A DNA stretch of 64,000 bases from Octopus vulgaris (taxonomy: Eukaryota). Shown here piece after piece: positions 52,316 to 64,000 of this stretch; within the stretch, counting starts at the first letter, position 1, and every line of letters starts with the position of its first letter. The stretch lies in contig OX597816.1 of the NCBI GenBank assembly GCA_951406725.2, forward strand, positions 128,464,001-128,528,000, in the 5' to 3' direction. The notes beneath the pieces are model-generated. The model was not told the DNA's origin. It was given only the letters and a program-made list of their open reading frames with translations, and did no database searches. The position numbers were made by a program, and so were the translations under genes.

Positions 52316-52905
52316 CAGTGGTTCTCAACTGGGGTCCATATAAGATTTTGTTGTTAAAATCTATCTGCAATAAATTTGTTACACTTCAACAAATCACAAA
52401 ATTCATGAATATTTTTATACAGTTCTTAATAATAGGTGCAGGCATGGGTGTGTGGTAAGAAGCCAGCTTCCCAACCACATTGTTCTGGGTTCAGTCCTAC
52501 TGCATGACACCTTGGGCCAGTGTCTTTTATTATGGTTTCAGATGACCAAAGAGTATATATATATGTATGTATGTATGTATGTATTCTATGTGTGTCTTTG
52601 TATCTCCATCATCACTTGACAACTGGAGTTAGTGTGTTTATGTCCCCATAACTTAGCAGTTCAGTAAAGAGACAGAATAAGTACTAGACTTTAAAATAAG
52701 TCCTGAGGATTGAATTGTTCAACAAAAACACTTCAAGGTGGTGCTCCAGCATGGCCACAGTCAAATGACTGAAACAAGTAAAAGTATAAAAGAATATTTA
52801 ATTATAAAAATATATGATTTTTTTAACATCAAATGCTAGGCGGGTCCATCCAAGTAAAGTAAGAATTAAATGGGTTCACAGGTAAAAAATGGTTGAGAAA
52901 TACTG
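52316..52905. mobile_element. hAT-type MITE containing a family A SINE (52435-52793, +)
   Basis: CAGTGGTTCTCAAC...GTTGAGAAATACTG TIRs; degenerate 8-bp TSD CTCTACAC/CTCCATAG. Confidence 0.8.
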
Positions 52906-53919
52906 CTCCATAGGGTCATTTGGCCTACTAGAAATAGCAACCAATTTTCCCTCAATTCATATGCTTTCATTAAAAAAATACTTTATACATATAATGTAGT
53001 TATAAATGCAGTATGTTTGAAAAACAGAAGGATAGCCACAACTGGATTTATTTAGATCACAAAGCTGTTCTCTTAAAGATGCCCTGGGGTTAATCAATTG
53101 CAATAACAGCAGGAGAATGTAAGGTATAATAGCTTTTACTAATTCCCATGTACTAAAGAGTGTGAGCCCAAGGAAACTTTAGCAATAAAAACTCCCATTG
53201 AGGATCAGAGGTTATCAGCAATATTTGTTTTTAACACAGGCACAAAGAGAGAAATTTTGGTGAGATAGCTTAGTTGATTAAATCAACTCCGTTATGAAAC
53301 TGGCACTTTATTTTATCAACCCTGGATAATGAAAGACAAAGTGGTCTTCAGCGAGATTTGAACTGAGACTATATAGAGCTTTAAATAAATGCCAGCAAGT
53401 ATTTTGCCTGATTCATTAATAATTCTGCTAATCTATTATTAATTTCAGGCCAAGAAAATTAAGCGATTAACCAGATGTTATACTTGAAGTAGATAAAAAT
53501 ACTCAGCAACATACTCAAATACTTTCCTACAATCCTAGAGCGGCATTTCATTTTCAACTCACATGTCCTGGAGTAGTAATCTTGCAGAATGTTTTGCCCG
53601 GTTTCAGGTACATTTTACAGCAAATAAAATTTCTTCTGAAGCTAAAAATGCAGCTTATTAATAAGTATCTTAACAGCAACTAAGAACTGAACTGTTGAGG
53701 TATGGAGGTCTGATGTGGACATATTAAACCTGCACCTCCTAAAAAAAAAAACAACTAGCATCACTCATTCATAGATGCACAACCAATATATCTTCATATA
53801 CAATTTGATAAATCGTGACTATGAACAATAAAGACCTCAAGACACAGCTTCACATGATATAACAGCACAGCAGCATGTCAGCTATATCGGTGCTGTAAGT
53901 TTGACAGATACAACTTCAC

Positions 53920-54060
53920 CAAATGTATCTCTCCTCCCATTTTATCTTCATATCCAAATCGCTTCATGGTTTATTTCGATCTATTACCAGCATGTGGTTC
54001 ATTGCCTCAAACACTACTGACCATGATTTTGTTACTGTTAAGTTCACTTTGCACCATGAT
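53920..54060 (+). mobile_element. Ancient LINE APE-endonuclease remnant (may extend about 53.5-55.0 kb)
   Basis: HFIFISKSL...TDHDFVTVKFTL resembles the APE C-terminal 'DYIF.S...SDH..V' motif. Confidence 0.45.
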
Positions 54061-56084
54061 CTTGCTGAAACAACAGCTAACCATAGCTTAATTCAAGTTC
54101 TTTCATTCCTTTGCACAGACTAAGCCACCTCAACAAATTGCATAAGCATTGATCATATGAATGGATACAAGCAACTATTATAATCACACCAAGCTTACAA
54201 TTACTCATCCTACTTTGTCCATTTGCAACAAGTGAATAACTACTTCAAACGGAAGTTTTTAGCCAGCTAGTTTCACTGTGATACATGAGTCTGAAGATGT
54301 GAATTATTCTGCCAGTTACAGTAAAAAAAATATATCTTTTTATAATTTTGAAACATTTGCCATTTAGTTGGCATTTGCAAAAATACCATCATAAAACGTC
54401 CTCAAGTCACTTTTTACCCAGGCAACTTAACTAAAATGTTTGAAATGACCATCATCAGACACAAGCCATATTGCCTTTATGACCATCAAACCAGCCAACA
54501 TTAAACAAACACAAGTCTCCATCTCATCACCGCTGACAACCAGATTATCTTCATCTTCATGACAAACCATAGAAAACAATGCTTTGTCATTGCTTTTCTT
54601 AAACCATCAAAGTATATTGAAAACAGCTACCTCAAATTTACATCATACAAGCTTTTTCACTTGCAACTGATTTTCAATTCTGTAGCATTCGATGGCTATT
54701 ATTAAAGTACAAGTTCACATTCATAACTCAACTCGACATATCCTATCAAATAGTCCACCATGATCACTGTCATCATTTTGCTTTATATACAGAAAGTATG
54801 CAAACATTGTTCAACTTCTACAAATTTTCCTTTCTGACTGTGACAGTGATGTATCTCAGATTTCCTTCAGAGTATACAGACTACCTGGCATGTGCAAAAT
54901 ATTTTCACCAGCTATGTCACCACCATAGTTGCATAAGCAACCCTCAGGCACACACTATTAGCAAATTAACTTGCAATTAAATGCTTATACATCTTATTCA
55001 TTCTGTAATTTTTAATGACTATTTCTATATAAGAATGTTTTCCAAAAATTCAATACTTAAAGGAATGAATTGAATAATTCCATTTGCTGTTATTTTACTT
55101 GGTATTTATTTTCTCTAGAATTGTTTCCCCTGCTACTGCCTTGTTGCTACAATAGAGAAAACTCATATGGTGACATGCTGCACATACAGTGTGCTAGAGG
55201 TTAATTTGCATTCTTAAAGTTTATTACATTCATTACAAGCATTAACACACACATGTAGTTTCATTCCTTGATTTCATTCATTTGTCTTATAAAAAATGCA
55301 CAGCTATGAGATTCCAGAAGCAGATAGCTTTTGCAGATTCAAACCTACATTTAGGTTCAAAGTTAAACTCACTTATGATAGACATTACCATATTTTGAGA
55401 TGTTGGCCAGAGCTTGCTGTGATATATCTTTGAACCTTATCAAAATGCCTGTTGGCACTTTTATCCAGCCAGTTGCTTTAGTTTTGATAGGGGTAACCCC
55501 CCCCCCCAAAAAAAAAAAGAAAGTTTAATTTTTATGCCTTCATACCAAAAGAAACATCCAATGAGGCTTTTAGCAAGCCTATATAAACCTGGATTTTGAG
55601 TTCTTTTTCTAGAGACTTTTCTTATTGTGTCCAGAGGCCCTCATTAGGTCCACATTAATAAGACATCTCTCAGCTCTCTCATTTGTATCCACTGTCCTTT
55701 ATTTTGCATATATTTACTTACAGAAAGACAACAAATTGTAAATTAGTATACTATTACTTAGTGTTATTAAAAACATGGCTCAACTTGTCACTATTTTTTC
55801 TTCACCACAGTTTAAATTCATAATACAACTAAAAACGAGCATAAAATGAGATATTTAGTTTGGTGCTCAACCTTTTCTTTAATTAGACTCTAATGTGGGT
55901 ACTAATCCAGAAGGGTTAGTTAACTTCTAATAGACACTAAGAGAGAGGGTTAATGGGAGGACTAACAAAACCTAGTACATGATTGTAGCTTAGATTAATA
56001 AGAATAAGGCAAAGTCAGGCCTGGCAGTGAAGTGGGATGGGTGTCTGGTGCTCAAAATGTTAAGACATTTAGTTTATCTTTCTA

Positions 56085-56305
56085 CTGTTTAGCATTTGGG
56101 TTACTCAGTCAAATATTATGTTCATTTATTCACATTCTTTTGAATTAATCAAGCATTTTGTTGTAACTTTGAGATTTTGATTATATGTTCGTTTATTTTT
56201 AGAGTGATATTGTAGGGCATGCACGAGAGGCTGAATCTGGTTGGCTTGAGCATAAATCAAAGTAGAATATTCAGGTTGGATATGGCCAGTTTGAATGCTA
56301 AAAGG
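56085..56305. mobile_element. piggyBac-type MITE, diverged copy
   Basis: Aligns with 23695-23910; right end AATGCTAAAAGG|TTAA. Confidence 0.7.
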
Positions 56306-56538
56306 TTAATGACATATCATTATAGTAATAGTTAAAAATTATACTGAATATTTTCACAAGATCAGCAATTTTAGGGAGCGGCCCCAGTGCTCAACTGGTA
56401 CTATTTTGTTGATTCTGAAAGGATGAAAGGCAATGTCGACCCCTGCAGGATTTGAAATCAGAACTTAAATGCTACAAAGTATTTTGTTCGATCTATTAGC
56501 AATTCTGACAGCTCACTACTTTTATAAAAATGGTAATG

Positions 56539-56575
<37 letters not shown>

Positions 56576-56591
56576 TAATAATAATAATAAT

Positions 56592-57155
56592 GCTCTGATG
56601 CAGTACCAGGCAGTGGCTTTCGTGGTTTCTTATCTTAACAGATTGGAAGTGTTATCATGTACATTGTTTTGTACATTGTCTTGGTATAAAAGATGGGCTA
56701 CAGCAAATATTCTGCTCAATACCACAGATCTGCTAGTCAGTGGTTTGACCATAACCAGTTGAGCATGTCACTTAGTGGCTGACGATACGTGCATCTCAGA
56801 TCATGAGCAGAAGTAGTGGGAGAGCATCAAAGCCATGTGTTGAGAGGAATTCTTTGGAGTTTGGATAATTCACCTCTGGAAATGTGGGTGTTTTGTTCAA
56901 CATCCTTAAACAACCCTTATTCAGGGACCTTTTGAGTGGGATGGGCTACTCAGCCTGATGAAAATTTAACTGGGCCCCACCTGCAAGGTCTTGCGCTGTT
57001 AGTCTTGATATGAGATCATCATGTCATGCACATATGGTTGTGATGCATGTGCCTAGTGTACCCTTATCAAATGGATAGTTACGATGGGTATACTGGGCTT
57101 TGTATATTTTACCCCAGTGTCACTTTGAATTCATGCACTGCTCTCTCACTCACTC
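56592..57155 (+). mobile_element. Unclassified ~560-bp element embedded in (AAT)n
   Basis: High-identity inverted copy at 61212-61744. Both ends abut AAT/AAC triplet arrays. Confidence 0.85.
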
Positions 57156-57983
57156 AACAACAACAATGACGACGACAATAATAATAATGATAAGACTTCT
57201 AACTGAATAAAGAAAATGCATGGACTTTTGTATTTAATGGAAAATCCTTTGTCATAAATGAAAAAAACAAAACAATGAAAAGCTTAAAAATACAAATGTT
57301 ATCTGGAACTTTTGTAAGTAAAAAATTTCAATTACTTTTCATCTTTTTTAGTCTCATGAAAAAGCTTAAATTGACTATAGTTTGTTTGTTACTGATTTTC
57401 CCCATAGAAATGGACAAGCTGTATACAGAGACAAAATATCAGCAAGAACAACAAAAGGATTCCATTTAAATGGAATTTGTGGTTTGAGTTTCATTCAAGC
57501 CAACTAATGGAGCAGTTAGCACCTGGTGCATGGATTTATTTATTTATTCCAGTTTGTTAAAAAAAGCTTAAGTACCTATGACATTTTCAGAGTTTTACCA
57601 TACTATTCAGGATGATATAGTTAATGCTAAACATCAGTAGGCTGACACGTAGAGGGAAATAATTGCAGAGAGGGAATTGCAGGGCTTAGTGCCAAGTTTG
57701 CTAAAGGTAAAGCACACTATGTAGCTTGTTAATTAGCAAGAACAGATGACATAGCAGTTGGAATAAAAGTGAGAAATCACAATACATCTTTGAATCAGTG
57801 ATTATAGCATGTTGGTGAGAGAATCTTTACCAACCATCAATTTAACTTTCTTTTTGAAGTGTGTTCTAGGATGTTTGCACATGCAGCAGTACATGCAGTA
57901 TTATTCCAGATATGTTTGAAGTGAAATACATTTTCTAAATCTGGGCCAGTGCTGCTGCTGTTGCACACACAAACAACCTTGTC

Positions 57984-58533
57984 CAGTGTTTCCCAACCTA
58001 TTTTCCCCACGGACCCACCATAATCTTCCAGAAAATGTACGCCACACTGGTGGTTGAGAAAAGAAACAACTTTATTTTCAATATTTTATCACAATTATTT
58101 GATACAATATAATCTATTGGTAGCTCTTTTATTAAGTAATGAGTACAAAAAAGTACTTTATTGACTAAGAATAAAAGCACAAATCACTTTAATGAGAACT
58201 TTATGCCTAGCAACTATGGCACCATGCCCCACCACCGAGGCATACAATCGGGGTCAAAAGTTTGAAATAGAGGGTCTGAAAATCAGAACGTTCATATTAA
58301 ATGCCCAAAGTTATATTTAATTTGCAATATATTATTACTCATTACTCGGCCAAACATTTGAAACAGGTTTGAAAACTTTTTCTTCTAGATATTGAACCTT
58401 TGGATCAGTTGTTAGGTATTTCTTTACTTTGTATATATTAGAATTGAATTGTCCTTGGGCATAACAATTTAAATTTTTCTAAAATGTTCCAAACTTTTGG
58501 CCACGACTGTATGCCCCTTGTTGGAAACCATTG
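57984..58533. mobile_element. hAT-type MITE
   Basis: Imperfect TIRs CAGTGTTTCCCAAC...GTTGGAAACCATTG; the TSD is poorly preserved. Confidence 0.6.
58245..58509. mobile_element. Tc1-type MITE nested in the hAT MITE
   Basis: TA|CAATCGGGGTCAAAAGTTTGAAA...TTCCAAACTTTTGGCCACGACTG|TA. The reconstructed target GGCATATGCC is palindromic. Confidence 0.85.
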
Positions 58534-58559
58534 GCCTGGATTTATCCAGAAAAATCTAC

Positions 58560-59300
58560 TTGACAGACTGGCATGATAGTTAAGATGAAGTGAAGAGTTG
58601 TAATTTTGAAGAGGAGTATGTGTTATATAGAAAGAAGTGTATGGGAGACAAAAACCAAACTTCAAGTTTATATTATCAGAGTAAATAGACTATGGTTTAG
58701 AGAGATCTTCAACACAAAGAACAGTCTGATAGGAAACCTCTAATTGAATATATGAGAAATGAATTGGGGCTGTGGTGGGCACAACTTAGTTAAGAAAGCT
58801 TTGTTGGTTTCAAGGGCAAAAATTTGTTTTTAATGAAGCGCTCTCAAGGATGAGATACCACTGATACGTGACACATGAGAGCAAATCTCTTATAGATCTA
58901 GTTTTAATGAAACCTTATTGGCTGGTCATGTGGAGGAAGAGAAACTTAAGATGAAGTAGTAAATATTTGCTTATATTGTTTCCATCGCCTTTGAAATGTT
59001 GATTGCAAAGATGATAGATAAACTGGTTGGGTCAAAGATTTTAGCCTTCCTGGGAATAATATATACTGTTGTGTGTTTCTATAGATAGAGTTAGACTCAT
59101 GTCCAAAATCGAAATAAATATTGTAAACTATGGAAGAAGAGAAACTCATTGTGTAGTACACAGTTGAGGAATGTTTGTCTTAGTGGATTGGAGAAAATGA
59201 AGTTTTAGAACTCAAGTATAGTGTGTATGCAGTCAGGAGTCTAGCTAAGTAGAGAAGAAAGTTTGAGGATTTTCTTCAGCAGTCCATCATGTGTTGGGGG
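58560..59300 (-). mobile_element. Ancient LINE reverse-transcriptase remnant (CR1/L2/Jockey-like)
   Basis: Collinear degenerate motifs IIPRKA..DP...ISKAMETI, FALETNKAF, FLSD and LSPIHFFLY, with many stops. Confidence 0.55.
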
Positions 59301-61155
59301 AGGGTATGTATGTATGTGTGTGTGTGCATATGCAAGAGTTCATGCATATATGCGTGAGTAATCAAATACATGCTTATGAATATGCATGCATAGTAAACAT
59401 ATGCACATGAATGGACGGATAAAGAAACATTATTCAGTAATTACTTTTATTTAACTGCGGCTACAAACATTACATCATCCAGACAGGAATGGGATGTATT
59501 GTATTGCAATAATAGTTGAATATACCACACTAATTTTTTTGTTCTTTTATTTGAATATTTTGGTCTGTCTCAGATATAATATTTAGAACCACTCCAAAGA
59601 GTTTTTTTGCAAGCTAGAAAATCTATTTTATTTTTAGTCATAATTTTCTTTATTTTTAACTATGGCATTTTTGTATGGGATTTTAGTACAACATATAATT
59701 GTCATGAAAGTTGTGACTGTTTTTCAAATTCACTTAGCGAATATCTCTTCTCGATCAGGTTTGCATCTAGATTTTTTTCTTCTTTCTCTTTGGTCTTTTT
59801 AAATGATGATTCCTTTTAATCACATAAAATATGAACATGTTTTTCAAATCTTCCATTAATGAGGGAGCTATTCTTGTCAAGAAAATTTGCAGTGTCCATT
59901 ATTATCCATGAGGATAACAAAAATTAAAATAGCCTGCCACAAATACTTTCTGAAAGATACATTAGCAATATGTAGCATGCTTGAAAAATGTAAGCTGATT
60001 TAGGTTGATGTATGGTTGTCTGCTGTTATTGTGTTGCTGTCTGTACAGCTGACAAACTGGCACCTTCTGTCTGTAGCCTAGAGCAGAACCACTCCAAACC
60101 ATTTCCACTTGTAATTATGAATAGCTTAAAATTTACAAAATAATTGGTAAATAAATGTCCATGAAATTTTTAAAAGCTTTTATAATAAATTTGTTTTTGA
60201 GTGTGAGAAGGAATAGAGGGGAAGACAAAACAGAGACACAGTATGCAGTCAAAGTATTCGTATAATCATTTTTCCATCCTTATTTTTATATTTTTTTTAT
60301 TTCAGTTCCAGATTGACATCACCCAACTCCATTAAAAAAAAAACTTATTTGGATGAATTTCTTTTCAGACAGATATAAACAAACCATAGATTAAAGAAAA
60401 TAACAATTCAAAACTGATTTTGCCTTTTTGCCTTTAAATATCAGATCTATAAGTTTAAAGAAGTTATACATAAAATCCAGACAGACTTGAATACTTAAAA
60501 ATAGTTTGATTTTCTTTTTCTCAGACAATGTCAAATCTCTTGACAATATTTCAACAACAATACAAGGCAATGATTAAATAGCACAGAAAGCAGAAAACTA
60601 GATTAGAATATTCACTTCATATTGTGGCACAAGGCCAGCAATTTCAATGGGGGTGGGGATAAATTGATTACATTGACCTCGTTGCTCAACTGGTACCTTT
60701 TTTATTGACCCTGCCCCCATGCACCGAAGTTGACTTTGGTGGAATTTGAACTCAGGGCATAAAGATGAACAAGCATTTTGTCCAGTGCGCTAGGAATTTT
60801 GCCAGCTCATCAAATTATAAACTAGATTAGAATATCGATAGTATCTTGTTCTGATACATGTATTTCTTAATTTATTTCCTTTTTCAGGTAAATCAGATGA
60901 ATACCAGTAATATACTAAAATCTTGTAATATATCAAAATGCCATATATAAATTAGTAAATATTTTCAAGGATGAACAGAAAATTACTGGTTCCCCTGTTT
61001 GAACTTTTATCCTTTTCTTTCAAATTTATATATTCATCATCACCATCATTTAATGTCCACTTTTCCATACTTACATGGGTAGGACAGAGTTTGCTGAGCC
61101 AGATTTTCGATGGTCAGATGCCCTTCAAGCCACAGGATGGGCAACTGACCATAAG

Positions 61156-61201
<46 letters not shown>

Positions 61202-61211
61202 CATTATTATT

Positions 61212-61744
61212 GAGTAAGAGAGCAGCGCATGCCATCAAAGTGATATAAAATATACAAAGCCCAGTATACCCATCATGACTACCCATCTGATAAGAGTACA
61301 CTAGACACATGCATCACAACCATATGTGCGCAACATGGTGATCTCATATCAAGATAAACAGCACATGACCTTGCAAGTGGGGCCCAGTTAGAATTTTCTT
61401 CTCATCAAGTAACCCATCTTGCTCAAATAGTCCCTGAATAAGGGTTGTTTAAGGATGTTGAACAAAACACCCATGTTTCCAGAGATGAATTATTCAGACT
61501 CCAAAGAACCCCTCTCAACACATGGCTATGATGCTCCCCCACTACTTCTGCTCGTGATCAGAGATGCACATATCATCAGCCACTAAGGGACATGGTCAAC
61601 TGGTTACGGTCAAACAACTGACAAGCAAATCTGTGGTATTGAGCAGAATATTTGCTGTAGCCCATCTTTTATACCAAGACAAAACAATGTACGTGATAAT
61701 ACTACCAATCAGTTAAGATCAGAAGCCACGAGAGCCACTGCCTG
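61212..61744 (-). mobile_element. Second copy of the (AAT)n-embedded element
   Basis: Reverse complement of 56592-57155, flanked by (ATT)n. Confidence 0.85.
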
Positions 61745-61773
61745 AGCAAATCTGTAGTATTGAGCAGAATATT

Positions 61774-61816
<43 letters not shown>

Positions 61817-61818
<2 letters not shown>

Positions 61819-62055
61819 GTTTGACTTTTGCTTTGTATTTCTACAAGCTGACCCAAGTCTCACCCAGAGACTTCAAGAGAACTACAAATTAGAAGTTTGT
61901 GTTATGACTGTGGTGCCATATATTGGTTTTGCACCTATGACAACAAATATTGTTTTAGTTTTGAGGTTCTACATTTTGCCAATTTCTATTTCAATTTCTT
62001 TATACTTGCTCAGCTTTTGGTAGGTCTTGACAGATACATGTATGTCGACTGGAAC
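61817..62055 (-). mobile_element. R4/Dong-like retrotransposon 3' fragment in (TAA)n
   Basis: VPVDIHVSVKTYQKLSKYKEIEIEIGKM*NLKTKTIFVVIGA (RLE-domain 'K..KY' region), then a UTR ending CAAAAGTCAAACAT(AAT)n. Triplet arrays flank both sides. Confidence 0.8.
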
Positions 62056-62112
62056 ATTATTATTATTATTATTATTATTACTACTAATACTACTACTACT
62101 TTTATTATTATT

Positions 62113-62590
62113 AAGATGGTAAGTTGGCAGAATTATTAGCACACAGAGCAACATGCTTAACAGTTTTTCATCTGTCTTCACATTCTGAGTTCAAATTCCA
62201 CTGAGGTCGACTTTGTCTTCCATCATTTCAGGGTCGATAAAAATGACTACCAGTTGAGCACTGGGGTTGATGTAATCGACTTAACCTCTCCATGTGAAAT
62301 TGATGGCCCTGTGCCAAATTTGACCACCATTATTATTATTATTATTATTATCATCATCATCATTATTTTTATTAAGGTGGTGAGCTGGCAGAATCATTAG
62401 CATGCCAGGCAAAATGCTTATTGGCATTGGCCCATCCTTATGTTCTGAACTCAAATTCTGCCAAAGTTGACTTTGCCTTTCATCCTTTTGGGATCAATAA
62501 ATTAAGTACCAGTTGAGTACTGGGGCCAATGTAATCAACTATCCCACCTTCCCCAAATTTCAGGCCTCGTGCCTACAGCAGAGAGGATTG
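62113..62590 (+). mobile_element. Two tandem SINE family B copies (62113-62330, 62375-62590)
   Basis: Both have head, central domain and (ATT)n tails. Further minus-strand copies lie at 56355-56515 and 60620-60810. Confidence 0.88.
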
Positions 62591-62934
62591 TTATGATTAT
62601 TATTATTATTATTATTGAGAGAGCAGTGCCTGTCATCAAAGTGACATATTAATATAATCAACCCCCAACCCCCACCTGCTTGCATTAACCTATACCTCAG
62701 ATATCTAGTCATTTTCTCAACTTACACGTAACTTCCTTCTGAATAAACATTGATATGCAAAAGGTTTCTTTCATTTATCTTTATATACTGCAGCCTTCAA
62801 GACACACTTTTCACTCTTGTACAGCATCACATATTTCATGCAAGGAGCATATCATCTTATTATTGATGTTTCTGAGTAGCTGAAATAGGTCTATGATATT
62901 GAGGTAGCAAATAAATCTAGTTTATGGGATTCTT

Positions 62935-63370
62935 TTATTCTTTTACTCTTTTCAGTCATTTGACTGTGGCCATGCTGGAGCACCATTTTCAAGGGTTTTA
63001 GTCAAACAAATCAACTCCAGAACTTATTTTTTGAAATCTAGTAATTATTCTATCAGGTTCTTTTGCTGAACCACTAAGTTATAGGAGTTCTGCTGAACCA
63101 CTAAGTTATACACCAATATTGGTTGTAAAGTAGTGTTTAGGGAACAAACACAGATACAAAGACACACACACATGGATGTGTACATAAATACATACATACA
63201 TTTATATATAGCTATACATGATGGGGTTCTTTCAGTTTCCGTCTACCAAACCCACTCACAAGGCTTTGGTTGGCCTAAGGCTATAACAAAAGACACTTAT
63301 GCAAGGTGTCACACTAAATCCAGAACCATGTGGTTGGGGAGCAAGCTTCTTACCACCCATCCACGCCTAC
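62935..63370 (-). mobile_element. SINE family A, full length
   Basis: Reverse complement of the consensus; small internal duplication TGCTGAACCACTAAGTTATA. Confidence 0.88.
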
Positions 63371-64000
63371 ATTGCTTTCATTTCATCTTGATATATAAGA
63401 TGATCGACATATAGGTTTTAGTTAAATTTCACCATCCACTTGGAATTTTAAGTTGTAACCATCTCAATTTTAATAGAATATAATATCTGAATATTTATGG
63501 CTTTAATATGCCAATGTCTCTATTTTAATTTCAGTAGGGAGTTTGTTGTGTGATATTTTGTTGTTATATTAAATGACTGAATAACTACATGAAAGGTATT
63601 TTATGAAAAAGCATTTGAAAGAAAAAATTAATAAATGAAATGGCATTTCTCTAAATTTTTTCATGTTTCAAATTCTAGCCATTTTCCTTTCATTAATTAT
63701 ACTTTTAACAAAATTCATTGCATTTATGAAAGCCAACAAGTGATTCTTCATGTGGTCGCTGAGCCTGCTTAAAGATAGCAGCTAAATCCCTCTCAAGTTA
63801 CATCTTGAAGTCATGAAAGGAGGGGGATAAATTAGATAACATAGTCTAAGAGAAAGATGAGATGGTCATATCTGGAGTGCCTTTGATCTTAGTCCTACAC
63901 AGTCAAACCTGACCTAGGGCTAAACAGCAACAACAGCCATGGCAACAGCAGCAACTAGTTGTCTTTACCATTATGATTAATGTTTTCTTCGTGTCTGGCA

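Noticed and set aside
60280-60380. Splice acceptor TTTTTTTATTTCAG at 60305
   Set aside because: Short frames, no nearby donor and no recognisable peptide.

Overview
AT-rich eukaryotic DNA, almost certainly non-coding (intronic or intergenic). It is dense in (TA)n, (CA)n, (TACA)n, (TAA)n and (GAT)n microsatellites and in interspersed repeats. The SINE families look like those of octopus genomes; this is my recognition of the repeats, not a database result. I find no intact protein-coding gene, and nearly all listed ORFs are microsatellite or repeat artefacts. Supported content: four decayed mariner transposons; mariner, Tc1, hAT, piggyBac and foldback MITEs; a MULE-like element with 15/30-bp arrays nested in a mariner MITE; three Helitrons, one keeping the RepHel N-terminus; RTE, R4/Dong-like and older LINE remnants; and dozens of SINEs from at least five families. 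The most interesting hidden signal is six fossil type-I hammerhead ribozyme motifs: a full fold at 755-804, one in a ~278-bp retrozyme-like tandem at 35.75-36.14 kb, a minimal one split by a SINE at 45 kb, and three in a dispersed Penelope-like repeat. All are mutated or interrupted here. Coordinates were counted by eye and may be off by a few bases, more for degenerate repeats.
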